Of a stretch of DNA of 64,000 bases, positions 36,782 through 46,276 are shown piece by piece. The translations under genes and the position numbers were made by a program. Each line of letters starts with the position of its first letter. Within the stretch, counting starts at the first letter, position 1. Where the stretch lies: positions 1 through 64,000 of IMG/VR virus record IMGVR_UViG_3300049927_000163. One strand, given 5' to 3'. Source of the DNA: a virus. A model generated the notes under the pieces. That model searched no databases. It worked only from the letters and a program-made list of their open reading frames with translations, and had not been told where the DNA came from.

Positions 36782-37423
36782 CTATAGGGTTAAAATTTCA
36801 TACCACACATTAATAATAACAGTATTGTTATTGGCAGCATTGCCGGAAATTTCTGTTGCAAAAGGTTCGTAGGCAACAATTTTCAGATTTTCCACTGCGG
36901 CAGTTGCATTATTTGAGAGAACAAAACTAGTTGCTTGTTGCGCTTCCAATCGGCTTTGAGAAGCTACTATGCTTGTATTTGATAAAATAGTACCAATTGC
37001 TTGTCCAGCAGCGCTATTGTATCTAAGTTCAATCCATTGAGATGCGCCTGCAACAAAGACGTTACTTCCTCCATATTTCATTTCTGCGCTTACAGTAACT
37101 GGAAGAACAATTTTCCCCGAACCTGGAGCGGCAATTATTTGTATTGGCGTACCATGAAGAGCTTTTACTTGAGCAGAAGTTAAAGTAACTGTTGCTAAAG
37201 ATAATATACTCACTCCTCCCGGTCCCGTTTGCCATGTAGGTAACGCAGAAGGGCCATTACTAGTTAGAGCCTGAGTACTAGAGCCTAATCCCGATACATT
37301 TTGTAAAGGCGCGGTGCTAGTAGTTCCTGCACATAGTATAGAGTAGGCTGTGAAGGAAGAATTGTTTGTACCACCTGTTGTAGTGTCAATCGGATTGCTG
37401 AAGTTATCACAATTGTTTGTCAT
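36782..37423 (-). CDS. Receptor-binding/tail fibre paralog 3
   Basis: Shares FTAYS.L..GT.ST..LQNVSGLG and LTSAQVK.LH..PI..IAAPG.GK with its neighbours. Confidence 0.65.
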   Translation of the reverse strand: MTNNCDNFSNPIDTTTGGTNNSSFTAYSILCAGTTSTAPLQNVSGLGSSTQALTSNGPSALPTWQTGPGGVSILSLATVTLTSAQVKALHGTPIQIIAAPGSGKIVLPVTVSAEMKYGGSNVFVAGASQWIELRYNSAAGQAIGTILSNTSIVASQSRLEAQQATSFVLSNNATAAVENLKIVAYEPFATEISGNAANNNTVIINVWYEILTL

Positions 37424-38040
37424 TATGTGCTCACTACTGAATATAAAACATAAGCTGAAAATAAGTTGTTATTGGCAACATTTCCTGTAATAGCTGTTCC
37501 TTTATTTCCTATAACTAAAGGTAAGTTATCAAATTGTGATAAATTTCCAACGGTTGACCCTGATGGCTCGCAATATATTTGGCTAGAAGAAGAATTCATG
37601 GCGGATTGTGTCATCAATTGAACCACTGATAATCCTGCATTATTATTCCATTCTAAAACTACACCTAAGCTGCCACCTGAAAAGACATTAGTTCCTCCAT
37701 ATGTCATTTTTGCAGTTACAGCAAGAACAAATAAAACAGTTCCTGCACCCTGCGCCGGAACAATTGTGATAGGAGTGGTGGTTAATGCCTTTATCTGAGC
37801 ATTGGTTAAGTTCAGTGTAGCTAGAAAAGTATTTGAGCTAATCGTCTGATAACTTGGCAAAACCCCCGCACCATTTGATATAAGTACTTGACCAGAAGTT
37901 CCGGTACCAACCTCTTGAATATTACCAGTATTTGTAGTTCCAGCGGCAAGTGTAGTATAGGCTGTAAATGAACCTACCCCGAGTCCGCCCTGTGGAACTG
38001 TTATAGGATTTGAGCTATTGATTGCATTATTTGTCGCCAT
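37423..38040 (-). CDS. Receptor-binding/tail fibre paralog 2
   Basis: MATNNAIN.SNPITVPQGG; YGGTNVF; GNVANNN. Confidence 0.65.
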   Translation of the reverse strand: MATNNAINSSNPITVPQGGLGVGSFTAYTTLAAGTTNTGNIQEVGTGTSGQVLISNGAGVLPSYQTISSNTFLATLNLTNAQIKALTTTPITIVPAQGAGTVLFVLAVTAKMTYGGTNVFSGGSLGVVLEWNNNAGLSVVQLMTQSAMNSSSSQIYCEPSGSTVGNLSQFDNLPLVIGNKGTAITGNVANNNLFSAYVLYSVVST

Positions 38041-38045
38041 TTTAC

Positions 38046-38672
38046 CTAGAGTGTTACTATGTAATAGGATGCTTGTATCGTAAAAGTGTTATTGTTTGCG
38101 GCGTTACCAGATATTTCTGTTGCACTAGTGTTTCGAACGTTTACATTTATATTGTCAAACAAGGTTGCTGCACCTAAAGGATTTGAATCCGGACCAAGAT
38201 AAGCATATTTATTCGCATTGCTCGTAATCATAGCATTAACGATTAACCCACCATAAGTAATAGTCGAACCACGGAATATATCAATGGTTTGCGAAGCGCC
38301 TGCCACAAAGACATTAGTCCCACCATAATTAAATTTTGCAGCAACATTCAAAATAGATATCACCTTTCCAGCACCTGGAGCGGCAATCAATTCTATAGGT
38401 GTAGCATGTAATAATTTAACCTGAGCAGAAGTTAAAGTTAATTGAGCTGTCTGTATAGTCAATACAGAAGCTGTTTGCCAAGTTGGTAATGAAGAAGTAC
38501 CAGTACTGACAAGAACTTGCCCGCTTGTGCCTAAACCTGACACGTTTTGCAATGCACTTGTGCTAGTAGTTCCGCCAGTTAAAACAGAATATGCCGTAAA
38601 GCTTGCATCACCAGTACCACCTTGTGGAACTGTGACAGGATTACTCATGTTTGTTGCATTATTTGTCGCCAT
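38046..38672 (-). CDS. Receptor-binding/tail fibre paralog 1 (spans the A/B junction repeat)
   Basis: MATNNATN.SNPVTVPQGG; contains the 127-bp repeat. Confidence 0.65.
   Translation of the reverse strand: MATNNATNMSNPVTVPQGGTGDASFTAYSVLTGGTTSTSALQNVSGLGTSGQVLVSTGTSSLPTWQTASVLTIQTAQLTLTSAQVKLLHATPIELIAAPGAGKVISILNVAAKFNYGGTNVFVAGASQTIDIFRGSTITYGGLIVNAMITSNANKYAYLGPDSNPLGAATLFDNINVNVRNTSATEISGNAANNNTFTIQASYYIVTL
38504..38630 (+). repeat. Exact 127-bp direct repeat, copy 2 (A/B junction)
   Basis: Identical to 1..127. Confidence 0.95.
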
Positions 38673-38678
38673 AAAGCC

Positions 38679-39977
38679 TTAAACCACTGTTATGTTTCCG
38701 ACGCTACCATAAACCTGCCAGACTGAAGATGAACCACCAGTTACGCATACTAGTTGCAAGGAATCTCTTATGGCAGTAGATGCAAGAGATCCACCTGTTC
38801 CAGCAGTTGTAGAGCTAGTACCGAAGAAGATTTGTTGTGATGCATTTTGGGAAATCTTCCACCCGAGGGCAATGTTAATACCAGTCACGTTGAATAAGTC
38901 ACCAGCTGTAGAAGAAGCAGGCAAAGTGAGCGTTAGCAATGTGCCCTTATTACAGATATATCCATGACTTGCAACAACTGATTGATCTGCAGTAATCACT
39001 GACCAAGTTAGGCCACCTGCTGCTGGAGCAGAGCTTACCCAGTTCGTTCCGTCACTCGTCATGACATTGCCAGATGTTGAAGGCACTGCATAAGTTTCTG
39101 TTGAAGCCACCCAATTCGTTCCATCGGCCACGATAATTTTACGTATGGTTGCGCTCGCATTGGGGAACGTTGGCGTCGAAGCCACCCAATTCGTACCGTC
39201 CGCCACTAAGACCTTAGATGTGCCTGTAGCGACTGAGGGGTATGTTGCGGTCGAAAAACTTGGCGCTGCTGAGGCATTGGATTGTAGTACGTTACCTGTT
39301 GTACCAGGACCTGCAAGGATAGCTGGTATACCTGTGTTACCTGTTGTAAGTAGACCGTTATTTCCTGTAGCGAGGCCTGAAATTACACTTGTTGCAGAAG
39401 AGTATAGTATCTGATTGACAGTAGTAGTTGCAGGATAGGTTGCAGTTGTTGCCACCCAGTTTGTTCCATCTGCTCGAAGGATTGTTCCGGTACCTGTAGC
39501 GACTGAGGGGTATGTTGCGGTCGAATAGGTAGGATCGGCAGAAGCACCACCGGATTGTAAGACTTGGCCTGTGCTACCTGCTGCCGTTGCAACTACTGCA
39601 CTTGTAGCTTGACCAATGACTACGCCATGGTTCGTTAATGTAGTAGCTGAAGGAGGTCCAGAAACGTTGATTGTAGCAGTTCCTCCAAGAGATACTGGAG
39701 AACCTGACACTGATACATTAGTGCCATTAGAAAGCGTAATTTGGCCAGATCCTGGAAGGGCGCCAGCTGGTATTGCACCAAAAGATGGATCTCCTCCGGT
39801 ATTGCCATTAAGGACTTGATTTGTTAGTCCTGCTGTAAGAGAAGTAATAGCATTAGTTGTTGATCCTACAAGAACTGCATGATTTGTTACAGGAAGACCT
39901 GAGAATGTAGAAACTCCATCAAATCTCATAATCCCAGGAGTTGTCAAATTTAAACTATTTGCCGGTGTGCCTACCAT
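38679..39977 (-). CDS. Tail fibre protein (B copy of 687..1982)
   Basis: Near-identical protein to 687..1982. Confidence 0.8.
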   Translation of the reverse strand: MVGTPANSLNLTTPGIMRFDGVSTFSGLPVTNHAVLVGSTTNAITSLTAGLTNQVLNGNTGGDPSFGAIPAGALPGSGQITLSNGTNVSVSGSPVSLGGTATINVSGPPSATTLTNHGVVIGQATSAVVATAAGSTGQVLQSGGASADPTYSTATYPSVATGTGTILRADGTNWVATTATYPATTTVNQILYSSATSVISGLATGNNGLLTTGNTGIPAILAGPGTTGNVLQSNASAAPSFSTATYPSVATGTSKVLVADGTNWVASTPTFPNASATIRKIIVADGTNWVASTETYAVPSTSGNVMTSDGTNWVSSAPAAGGLTWSVITADQSVVASHGYICNKGTLLTLTLPASSTAGDLFNVTGINIALGWKISQNASQQIFFGTSSTTAGTGGSLASTAIRDSLQLVCVTGGSSSVWQVYGSVGNITVV

Positions 39978-39989
39978 ATATTCCCCATA

Positions 39990-40478
39990 TTATGCCATTA
40001 TCCATGTTGCATCGGCTTCAAGTGCCCACCATGTAGAAGAAGCTTCTCGGTATACTAAAATTAGATTGTCTCCTAGAGCAGTGCTTGTAGCTGTTCCGCC
40101 TAGTGATGATGATTCTGCGCCTACTGCGATGAACTGTGAAGCGTCTGCTTGAACGATTATTGCACCCGTGGTAGCACATATTATGCTTACTGTTTGTCCC
40201 TGTGTGGCGCCTCCTGGAAGACTTACTGTTAAAGCCCCAGTACAAAAGTAACCTTCGTTGACTATTGCTCCAAAATCAACTGCTTCATCAAACCAATTCA
40301 TGACTCCAGATGTAGCAGTAATGGTAACGGTGTTACCCGAACCGGAAGTACTTACGGCACCTGAACCAAATACATTAATATTATTAGATGCCGATGTCGC
40401 AGTGCCCGAATTCGTGACAAAATTAATTGGAACGTTGCTTGGTACATTTCCACTTACAGCAATTGAATAACCTGACAT
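39990..40478 (-). CDS. Short tail fibre-associated protein (B)
   Basis: Ortholog of 1998..2486, same length. Confidence 0.65.
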   Translation of the reverse strand: MSGYSIAVSGNVPSNVPINFVTNSGTATSASNNINVFGSGAVSTSGSGNTVTITATSGVMNWFDEAVDFGAIVNEGYFCTGALTVSLPGGATQGQTVSIICATTGAIIVQADASQFIAVGAESSSLGGTATSTALGDNLILVYREASSTWWALEADATWIMA

Positions 40479-40481
40479 AGC

Positions 40482-40829
40482 TTAACTCGCATAGAAGGTT
40501 GACAGATTCACATACCCAGTGGATGCGGTACCTTTGGCATAAAATTGTGTATTTGCCGAGGTAGCCAGACTAGTAGACGAATAAGCGTTTGCTGATTCAT
40601 CTAATGCGTAGCCTGCACCCGCAGCTAAATCAACATGTCCCTTTACGCCATCCCATGAAATAGTCACAATTACGCCACTATTGTTTACTATTAGTAATGA
40701 CCTTGATGGATTTGTAATTGGAGATGCTACGAGATTCTCGTCAAGAAAAGGCTGAAAAGTGCCATCAAAGGACGCACTATTAATTCTTCGTATTGGTTCG
40801 GGCAGTAATTTCTGATGTAAATCAGGCAT
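40482..40829 (-). CDS. Small virion structural protein (B)
   Basis: Ortholog of 2490..2837, same length. Confidence 0.55.
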   Translation of the reverse strand: MPDLHQKLLPEPIRRINSASFDGTFQPFLDENLVASPITNPSRSLLIVNNSGVIVTISWDGVKGHVDLAAGAGYALDESANAYSSTSLATSANTQFYAKGTASTGYVNLSTFYAS

Positions 40830-40841
40830 ATAATTTCCCTT

Positions 40842-40863
40842 AAAAAAGGGGGATTTCTCCCCC
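40842..40863 (-). terminator. Intrinsic terminator, identical to 2850..2871
   Basis: GGGGGA-GAAA-TCCCCC-T6. Confidence 0.75.
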
Positions 40864-40868
40864 TATTA

Positions 40869-43055
40869 TTAATTTTGTCTTACAATGAAATAAGCATATG
40901 TTGACACATCGCCTGTCTGTGTTGATCCAGGTGTACCGACAATTAGAGATGTAACAGTAAAGCTAGTAGCATTGATGATTGTGTATGATAACTCACCAAG
41001 TGTTGTAGATGCCGCTACACCAATTCTCTGTAGGAATATCCTATCAGCAGTTGCAATGTTTGTATTAGCGATTGTCTGAGTACCAGCAGTTAGAACACCT
41101 GTTCCAATAAAGTCAGTTACTGCACCGCCATTCAATTGGAGCTGAGTAGCTACATTACCGAGGATCAAGTTACCATTTACTGTGCAACCTCCTGAACCTG
41201 TATTAATTACGGTTGCGGAAGCCCCTGTAATATTGCCGAGGGTCAAGGTTCGCGCTGCGGCCCCTGTACCGATATTTATGGCTTGAGCCACAGCATTGTT
41301 ACCTACGTTGATTGCACCACCTGAACTATTTAAGCTTAATGCACCAACAGCATCTACAGTCACAGCTGCACCTCCAGAAAGTGCAATTGCACCAGAAAGT
41401 GCGTTACCTATGGTCACTGTTCCAGTAGAAGTACCAGAGTTAATCGCTGTGTTAGAGTTTTGGCTAGCATTGATGTTAACAACGCCCAAGAAGTTCATTG
41501 TTGTTGAACCATCCGCATTTCCCGCGTTCAAGGTCTTAGTACCAGTTCCCGTCAATAGGTTAACTGCCATAGTACCAGCAGCTCTGTTGCCAGTAGCAAT
41601 CGCTGTGGTATGTGTACCTGAGGTTACAGCACCTGTAGCGATGTTAGTAAGTACTTGGCCTAGGGTGACACCACCTGAGTTGACATTGACTGTTTTTACG
41701 CTGTTTGCGTTAGTTGTAGCACCGCCAGTACCAAGATTCAAAGTATCAGTTACCGCAGCTACAACAATTGTTCCACCTGAAACAGTGGTTGTTCTTGAAG
41801 CAGCAGGAGCAATGTTGCAGAAATCTGCTGTAGTCACACGAGTATTGTTACCGATTGCAAGGACACCAGCACCAGCAGTACCAATTCCTGACATGATGTT
41901 TACAGTAGTATTTGCAGCAGAAGCACCGTTTGCTATGTTAATCGTTTGAGATGAAGTATTTATCCCATTTCCAATCGCTAGGGTATTACCATCAACCCCA
42001 TTTCCTAGATTTATGGCCTTCGTCCCATTTCCTGTGGCTAGATTTAGGGTGATAGTCCCTGAAGCGGCATTGCCTGAAAGAATGTTTACGGTTGAGTCTC
42101 CAGCAGAGGCGCCAGCTGCAATATTGATTACTTGTGCACCTGTATTGACCGCGTTACCAATGTTGATTGTCTGGCCAGAAGCTGAAGTGCTACGACCAAG
42201 AGTGATAGTGCCTGTTCCTACAGATCCACCTAGAGTAATGGTACCTGTGGTCATTGCGTTACCGATTGTGACTGAACCAGCGGTTTGTGTATTTCCGAGC
42301 ACGATAGTATTAGCTCCAGAGCCTCCAACTGTGATTACACGGGCTGTTGTTCCTATACCTAGGTTAACTGCGCCTGCATCGTTATCAGAACCAAGGCCAA
42401 GTGTTGTACCAGCAGTCTTAACATTGATAGAGCCATTAAATGTTGCAAGGCCTGTTTGAGTTTGGGTACCAACTACTATGAGGTTATCGTCTAGCGTAGT
42501 GACACCTGTTACATCAAGAGTACCAGGAAGATCAACGTTTGATGTCCATGCTGGTGCTGTTGCGCCTGCGTTTACTTGAAGAACTTGACGTGCAGTACCA
42601 AGAGCAAGTTTAGAAAGTGTTGTTGAACCAGAAGCGTATAACGTATCGCCAGTTGTATAAGATGTTTGACCTGTTCCACCGTCTGCCGCAGTAATTGCAG
42701 AAGAAAAAGATATTGTTCCTGAAGCAGTTAGATCTGTAAATGTTGCAGCGGCTGGGGTTGTTCCACCAATTATTCCAGGTGCAGCCATGATAGATGCAAT
42801 ATTAGAAGGCACTAAAGCAAGATTAGTAGCAGCTTTCGCAGCAGCTTCACCATTTGTAGCAATTTCTAAGATACCAGCTTGGCTAGTTGATGCAGCAGGT
42901 GCACCGAAAGTAATTAAACCAGCTACACCCTGTGGTGATACGGCTAGATCGTCTCTAGTTCCTGCAATTGTTTCGGATACAGTTGCGAATTCTACACTAC
43001 CAAATCTGGATGTAGATGCTTTTGGTACGCCTAAATAGGCTAATGGACTTGACAT
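40869..43055 (-). CDS. Long tail fibre/tailspike (B)
   Basis: Ortholog of 2877..5066; start re-set to MSSPLAYLG (GGAG SD). Confidence 0.8.
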   Translation of the reverse strand: MSSPLAYLGVPKASTSRFGSVEFATVSETIAGTRDDLAVSPQGVAGLITFGAPAASTSQAGILEIATNGEAAAKAATNLALVPSNIASIMAAPGIIGGTTPAAATFTDLTASGTISFSSAITAADGGTGQTSYTTGDTLYASGSTTLSKLALGTARQVLQVNAGATAPAWTSNVDLPGTLDVTGVTTLDDNLIVVGTQTQTGLATFNGSINVKTAGTTLGLGSDNDAGAVNLGIGTTARVITVGGSGANTIVLGNTQTAGSVTIGNAMTTGTITLGGSVGTGTITLGRSTSASGQTINIGNAVNTGAQVINIAAGASAGDSTVNILSGNAASGTITLNLATGNGTKAINLGNGVDGNTLAIGNGINTSSQTINIANGASAANTTVNIMSGIGTAGAGVLAIGNNTRVTTADFCNIAPAASRTTTVSGGTIVVAAVTDTLNLGTGGATTNANSVKTVNVNSGGVTLGQVLTNIATGAVTSGTHTTAIATGNRAAGTMAVNLLTGTGTKTLNAGNADGSTTMNFLGVVNINASQNSNTAINSGTSTGTVTIGNALSGAIALSGGAAVTVDAVGALSLNSSGGAINVGNNAVAQAINIGTGAAARTLTLGNITGASATVINTGSGGCTVNGNLILGNVATQLQLNGGAVTDFIGTGVLTAGTQTIANTNIATADRIFLQRIGVAASTTLGELSYTIINATSFTVTSLIVGTPGSTQTGDVSTYAYFIVRQN

Positions 43056-43097
43056 AAGTTGGCTCTCCGTTATACATTTTCTCGATGGCAATCGAGT
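43056..43097 (-). promoter_or_regulatory. Leader element ACTCGAT-TGCC-ATCGAG...GGAGAGCCAA
   Basis: 17-nt hairpin identical to 55266..55282, at the same offset (26) from the ATG. Confidence 0.7.
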
Positions 43098-43160
43098 CTT
43101 TATTTTAATTCCCCTATACTGGTTGAAAATTAATTTACGAAATGATATTGTCTAAGCTAA

Positions 43161-43400
43161 ATGGACTGTTGCATGAAATGTATAGAATGTGGTAAGATTG
43201 GTCCCGACACTAATTGGAAATACTGTTCTAGGGCGTGTAAGTGTAAAGGGATAGCTAAATTACCAAGAGGCGACCACAAACAAACTTACATGATTTGTCT
43301 TGAATGTGGTGGTAAATATTGCGTGGTGAATTCACGTGTGAAAAAGACAAAGTTTTGTTCTAAAAGCTGTCTTATGAAAAACACTAGGAAGAAAAAATAA
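43161..43400 (+). CDS. Small Zn-finger protein (B ortholog of 5174..5419)
   Basis: CxxC, YCS..C, RGDH, MIC..CG..Y. Confidence 0.6.
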   Translation: MDCCMKCIECGKIGPDTNWKYCSRACKCKGIAKLPRGDHKQTYMICLECGGKYCVVNSRVKKTKFCSKSCLMKNTRKKK

Positions 43401-43651
43401 TGGAAAAGATTGATATATTATTATGGGTCGTCGCCGGTGGATTAGGTGCGCAATTCAGCTTGTTAATTTTTATGTGGGGATCACTCAATAGACAAATAGA
43501 ATTCGTAAATTCGTCCTTATCATTGAGAATAGAAAAATTAGATGAAAAAATGACGGATATTGACCGTAGACTTTGTAGGCTTGAAGGTGCTTTTTCCGCT
43601 AAAGATTGTTGCAAATTAAATGATAATTCACAGATGAGGAAGGCTGAATAA
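43400..43651 (+). CDS. Membrane-anchored coiled-coil protein (XhlA/DUF1640-like)
   Basis: N-terminal TM segment, IEKLDEKMTDIDRRLCRLEG. Confidence 0.6.
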   Translation: MEKIDILLWVVAGGLGAQFSLLIFMWGSLNRQIEFVNSSLSLRIEKLDEKMTDIDRRLCRLEGAFSAKDCCKLNDNSQMRKAE

Positions 43652-43866
43652 TGGATTGGAATCAAACATTTACTATTTTAATATCTCTTTTTGGTCTAAT
43701 TTTATGGGTGTTAAGAGAAATGAAATCAGATAAAGCAAGTGTATCTGCAAGTATAGAAAAACTTTCAGAAGAGATAAAAAAAGAATCACGGGATTTTCAC
43801 GGAAGACTTTCTACCTTAGAAGAAAAATATATACAAATGATGCAAAGATTTATGGAGAGGAAATAA
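43651..43866 (+). CDS. Membrane-anchored coiled-coil protein (XhlA-like)
   Basis: MDWNQ TM segment, ESRDFHGRLSTLEE. Confidence 0.6.
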   Translation: MDWNQTFTILISLFGLILWVLREMKSDKASVSASIEKLSEEIKKESRDFHGRLSTLEEKYIQMMQRFMERK

Positions 43867-43932
43867 TATGTATACTATTTCAATGTTTATCTGTATATAT
43901 ATAATACTTAGGGATTTAGCGAAGAATTTACG

Positions 43933-46275
43933 TTAATTTTCATCTATCATCTCATTTATAGAATTTGCATTTTTTATAGCTGTTGCCGGATCCAGAGGGC
44001 TTCTGAAAGAACGAAGTATTCTTCTCATCTTTTCTGAAGTAAAAATTGAAGCACCAAACTGTTTTAAAGCTAATCCTGAAACTGCCATGCCAGTTCCAAG
44101 AAGTAAAGATAATTGCGGCCCCAGAACTGCACCTAAAGCTAATTTTGATGGTGTTGATAAAGTATTATAGAACTTATTAAAAATACCCGGTTCCTTAATT
44201 TTTGATGCGGCAAGACTCTTAATGATTCCATCTGACCATTGTTCAATATTTCTTATAAACTGTACTCCATCTACTCCCATAATTTCACTCATTACAGTTT
44301 CGTAACCGGGATCACTTAAAATATCTTTTGCTTTACTCCAATCTATACTGCCATCTTTTGAAACAATAGAATTGAACATATCTTCAACAACTTGTTTTTC
44401 AAGGACTTTGAATAATTTCTTTCCTTGATCTGTCCTTCCAAATGTTTTCTTTGCAATCGAATATCCTTCGGGAGTTCTCATTGCTTTAAGAGTGAAATCT
44501 GGTCGTTCCCCTTTCGTAATTGAAGCGGACACATCCCCAAGCATATTTTGTTCTAAAAGTCTCGTTTGACCTTTAGATGTCAGATTATCGCCTAAATCTA
44601 TGAATTTCTGAGCAGCATTTTTCGCTTTATCAGAAAGGTGAGGAGAAAGATTTTTGAGTGTTTCGGTGGCTTGTTTATGATTCATTCGCCCAATTTGTTC
44701 TACAAGCTGTCTATCAACATCTTGGACATGCGCGCTTTGTTTGCCAAAAACATTTATTAAATTTTCAAGATTAGAAGGATTTAAGAAATCTGCACCTAAA
44801 TTTTCTGGAACTTCTGATTGTCGCAGTTTGCTGATAACATCTTTTCCAAATTTTTTTGCCGTGGCTTTATAAGATTCCTCTGCTTTTTCATAGGCTTGAA
44901 GCACTGCGGGTCTCGAATTTTTAAGAGATGACTTAAATTCTTCCTTAACAGTTCTTTGAAGAGGTCTAAGCCAGTCTTTTACAGAAGGAGAAAGGGTTTC
45001 ATAATTAATGGCATCATTAAGTCTTATAGATAAATCCATAAGTTTATCGGATTTTAATTTATGATTTCCTGATATCATAGAATTATATATAGCTTCAATA
45101 GCTTGTTTATTTCCAGATTGAATTGCGTTTTGTATAGTTTCTATTGTAGGTGAAATTCCAGTTAAATCTTGTATTACATCTTTGACCAAACTTGCAGTTT
45201 GACCATATCCAGTGGGACTAGTTTTTAAACTAGTCAATTTATCGAAAAGTTGTCTAGCCATATTTATAGAATTAACTGGATTAACTTCAATTTTTTCAGC
45301 AGCGGTTCGAACCCCCTTATAAAGAGGCTCAAAAACCTTTCTTTCAGCCATATACTGTGCGGTTGCAGCTTCTTGCACATCTTTCCATGCTTGCTGTGGT
45401 AATTTATCTACTTTTGCCACATCGTCTAGAATAACTGCTCTGTTACCTTTTGCAATTAAATTTTCAGTTTCTCTTGAGGAAAAGTTACCAAAATCAGAGA
45501 GAGCTTCTTTTGAAATTGCAGAGATTCTATTCTTTGAATCTTTTAATATATCATCACTCAGACTTAATGCTTGTTGTTCTAGGGTTTTTGGAACTTGTGA
45601 AGCTTTTCTTTCAATTTCTAAAGCAGTATTTGGTTTTAAAAATCCAGTCAATAGACCGGCGATTAAATCACCCCAATTCTGTGCACCTTCACTAGCACCT
45701 ATCATCTTTAACGTTTCTTTGGCTCCTAAGCCTGCTCCTTCAGCAAGGACTGCTTGAGCGCCAAGAGCTGGATTTAGAGCAAATAAAGGAGCCGTACGAG
45801 TTGCTCTTCGAACTAGTTCTTGTTGAAGTCCGCCTTCTGGAATTTCATTCTGAATAGCGCCAATACTTCCAAGCATCGTAGCGCCGCCCGGAGATACGTA
45901 CTCATCGGACAACTCTTGTAACTCTTGCATGGTAGGCATCTGGCCTTGTTGAATCCTTCCAAGAACATCATGCTGTTGGCCAAATTTCTGTTCTTGTTGA
46001 GCACCTAATACACCTTCAGCTTCTGGAACTCTTTCGTTTATGGGATTTTTAGGTAATCCCATTTGTTCAGCTTGGCTATGTAAGAATGCTTGCATACCTT
46101 TTTCAATAGGATACAATGGTAGACCGAGACCAGCCGTTGCAAGATCAAGTCCGCCTTGTTCTAATCCCCTAACGGTTTGTCTTGCATTAGATACGTCTTT
46201 AGCGGGTTCAAGAACTTTAAATTTCTTCTGTTCTTCTTCTTGCTTTTTTGCTTGTTCTAATATTCTGAAAGCCAT
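43933..46275 (-). CDS. Putative DNA ejection/internal virion protein 3 (B)
   Basis: Large helical protein syntenic with 6642..8156. Confidence 0.55.
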   Translation of the reverse strand: MAFRILEQAKKQEEEQKKFKVLEPAKDVSNARQTVRGLEQGGLDLATAGLGLPLYPIEKGMQAFLHSQAEQMGLPKNPINERVPEAEGVLGAQQEQKFGQQHDVLGRIQQGQMPTMQELQELSDEYVSPGGATMLGSIGAIQNEIPEGGLQQELVRRATRTAPLFALNPALGAQAVLAEGAGLGAKETLKMIGASEGAQNWGDLIAGLLTGFLKPNTALEIERKASQVPKTLEQQALSLSDDILKDSKNRISAISKEALSDFGNFSSRETENLIAKGNRAVILDDVAKVDKLPQQAWKDVQEAATAQYMAERKVFEPLYKGVRTAAEKIEVNPVNSINMARQLFDKLTSLKTSPTGYGQTASLVKDVIQDLTGISPTIETIQNAIQSGNKQAIEAIYNSMISGNHKLKSDKLMDLSIRLNDAINYETLSPSVKDWLRPLQRTVKEEFKSSLKNSRPAVLQAYEKAEESYKATAKKFGKDVISKLRQSEVPENLGADFLNPSNLENLINVFGKQSAHVQDVDRQLVEQIGRMNHKQATETLKNLSPHLSDKAKNAAQKFIDLGDNLTSKGQTRLLEQNMLGDVSASITKGERPDFTLKAMRTPEGYSIAKKTFGRTDQGKKLFKVLEKQVVEDMFNSIVSKDGSIDWSKAKDILSDPGYETVMSEIMGVDGVQFIRNIEQWSDGIIKSLAASKIKEPGIFNKFYNTLSTPSKLALGAVLGPQLSLLLGTGMAVSGLALKQFGASIFTSEKMRRILRSFRSPLDPATAIKNANSINEMIDEN

Positions 46276-46276
46276 T

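Larger units (their letters stand above)
1..38503. mobile_element. Phage element A: probably a complete ~38.5 kb podovirus-like dsDNA phage genome (circularly permuted)
   Basis: Contains TerS, TerL, portal, scaffold, MCP, tail and replication/recombination genes. It is bounded by a direct repeat (1..127 = 38504..38630), so the tail gene cut at base 1 is completed by 38046..38503. Confidence 0.8.

Noticed and set aside
687-43055. Diversity-generating retroelement (template/variable repeat pair) among the duplicated tail genes
   Set aside because: No reverse transcriptase; differences are mostly synonymous and not adenine-specific
43056-43091. N-terminal extensions MPSRK.../MPSSK... called for the fibre and scaffold genes of B
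   Set aside because: These come from a TTG inside the shared leader hairpin; SD position and A orthologs support downstream ATGs at 43055 and 55240
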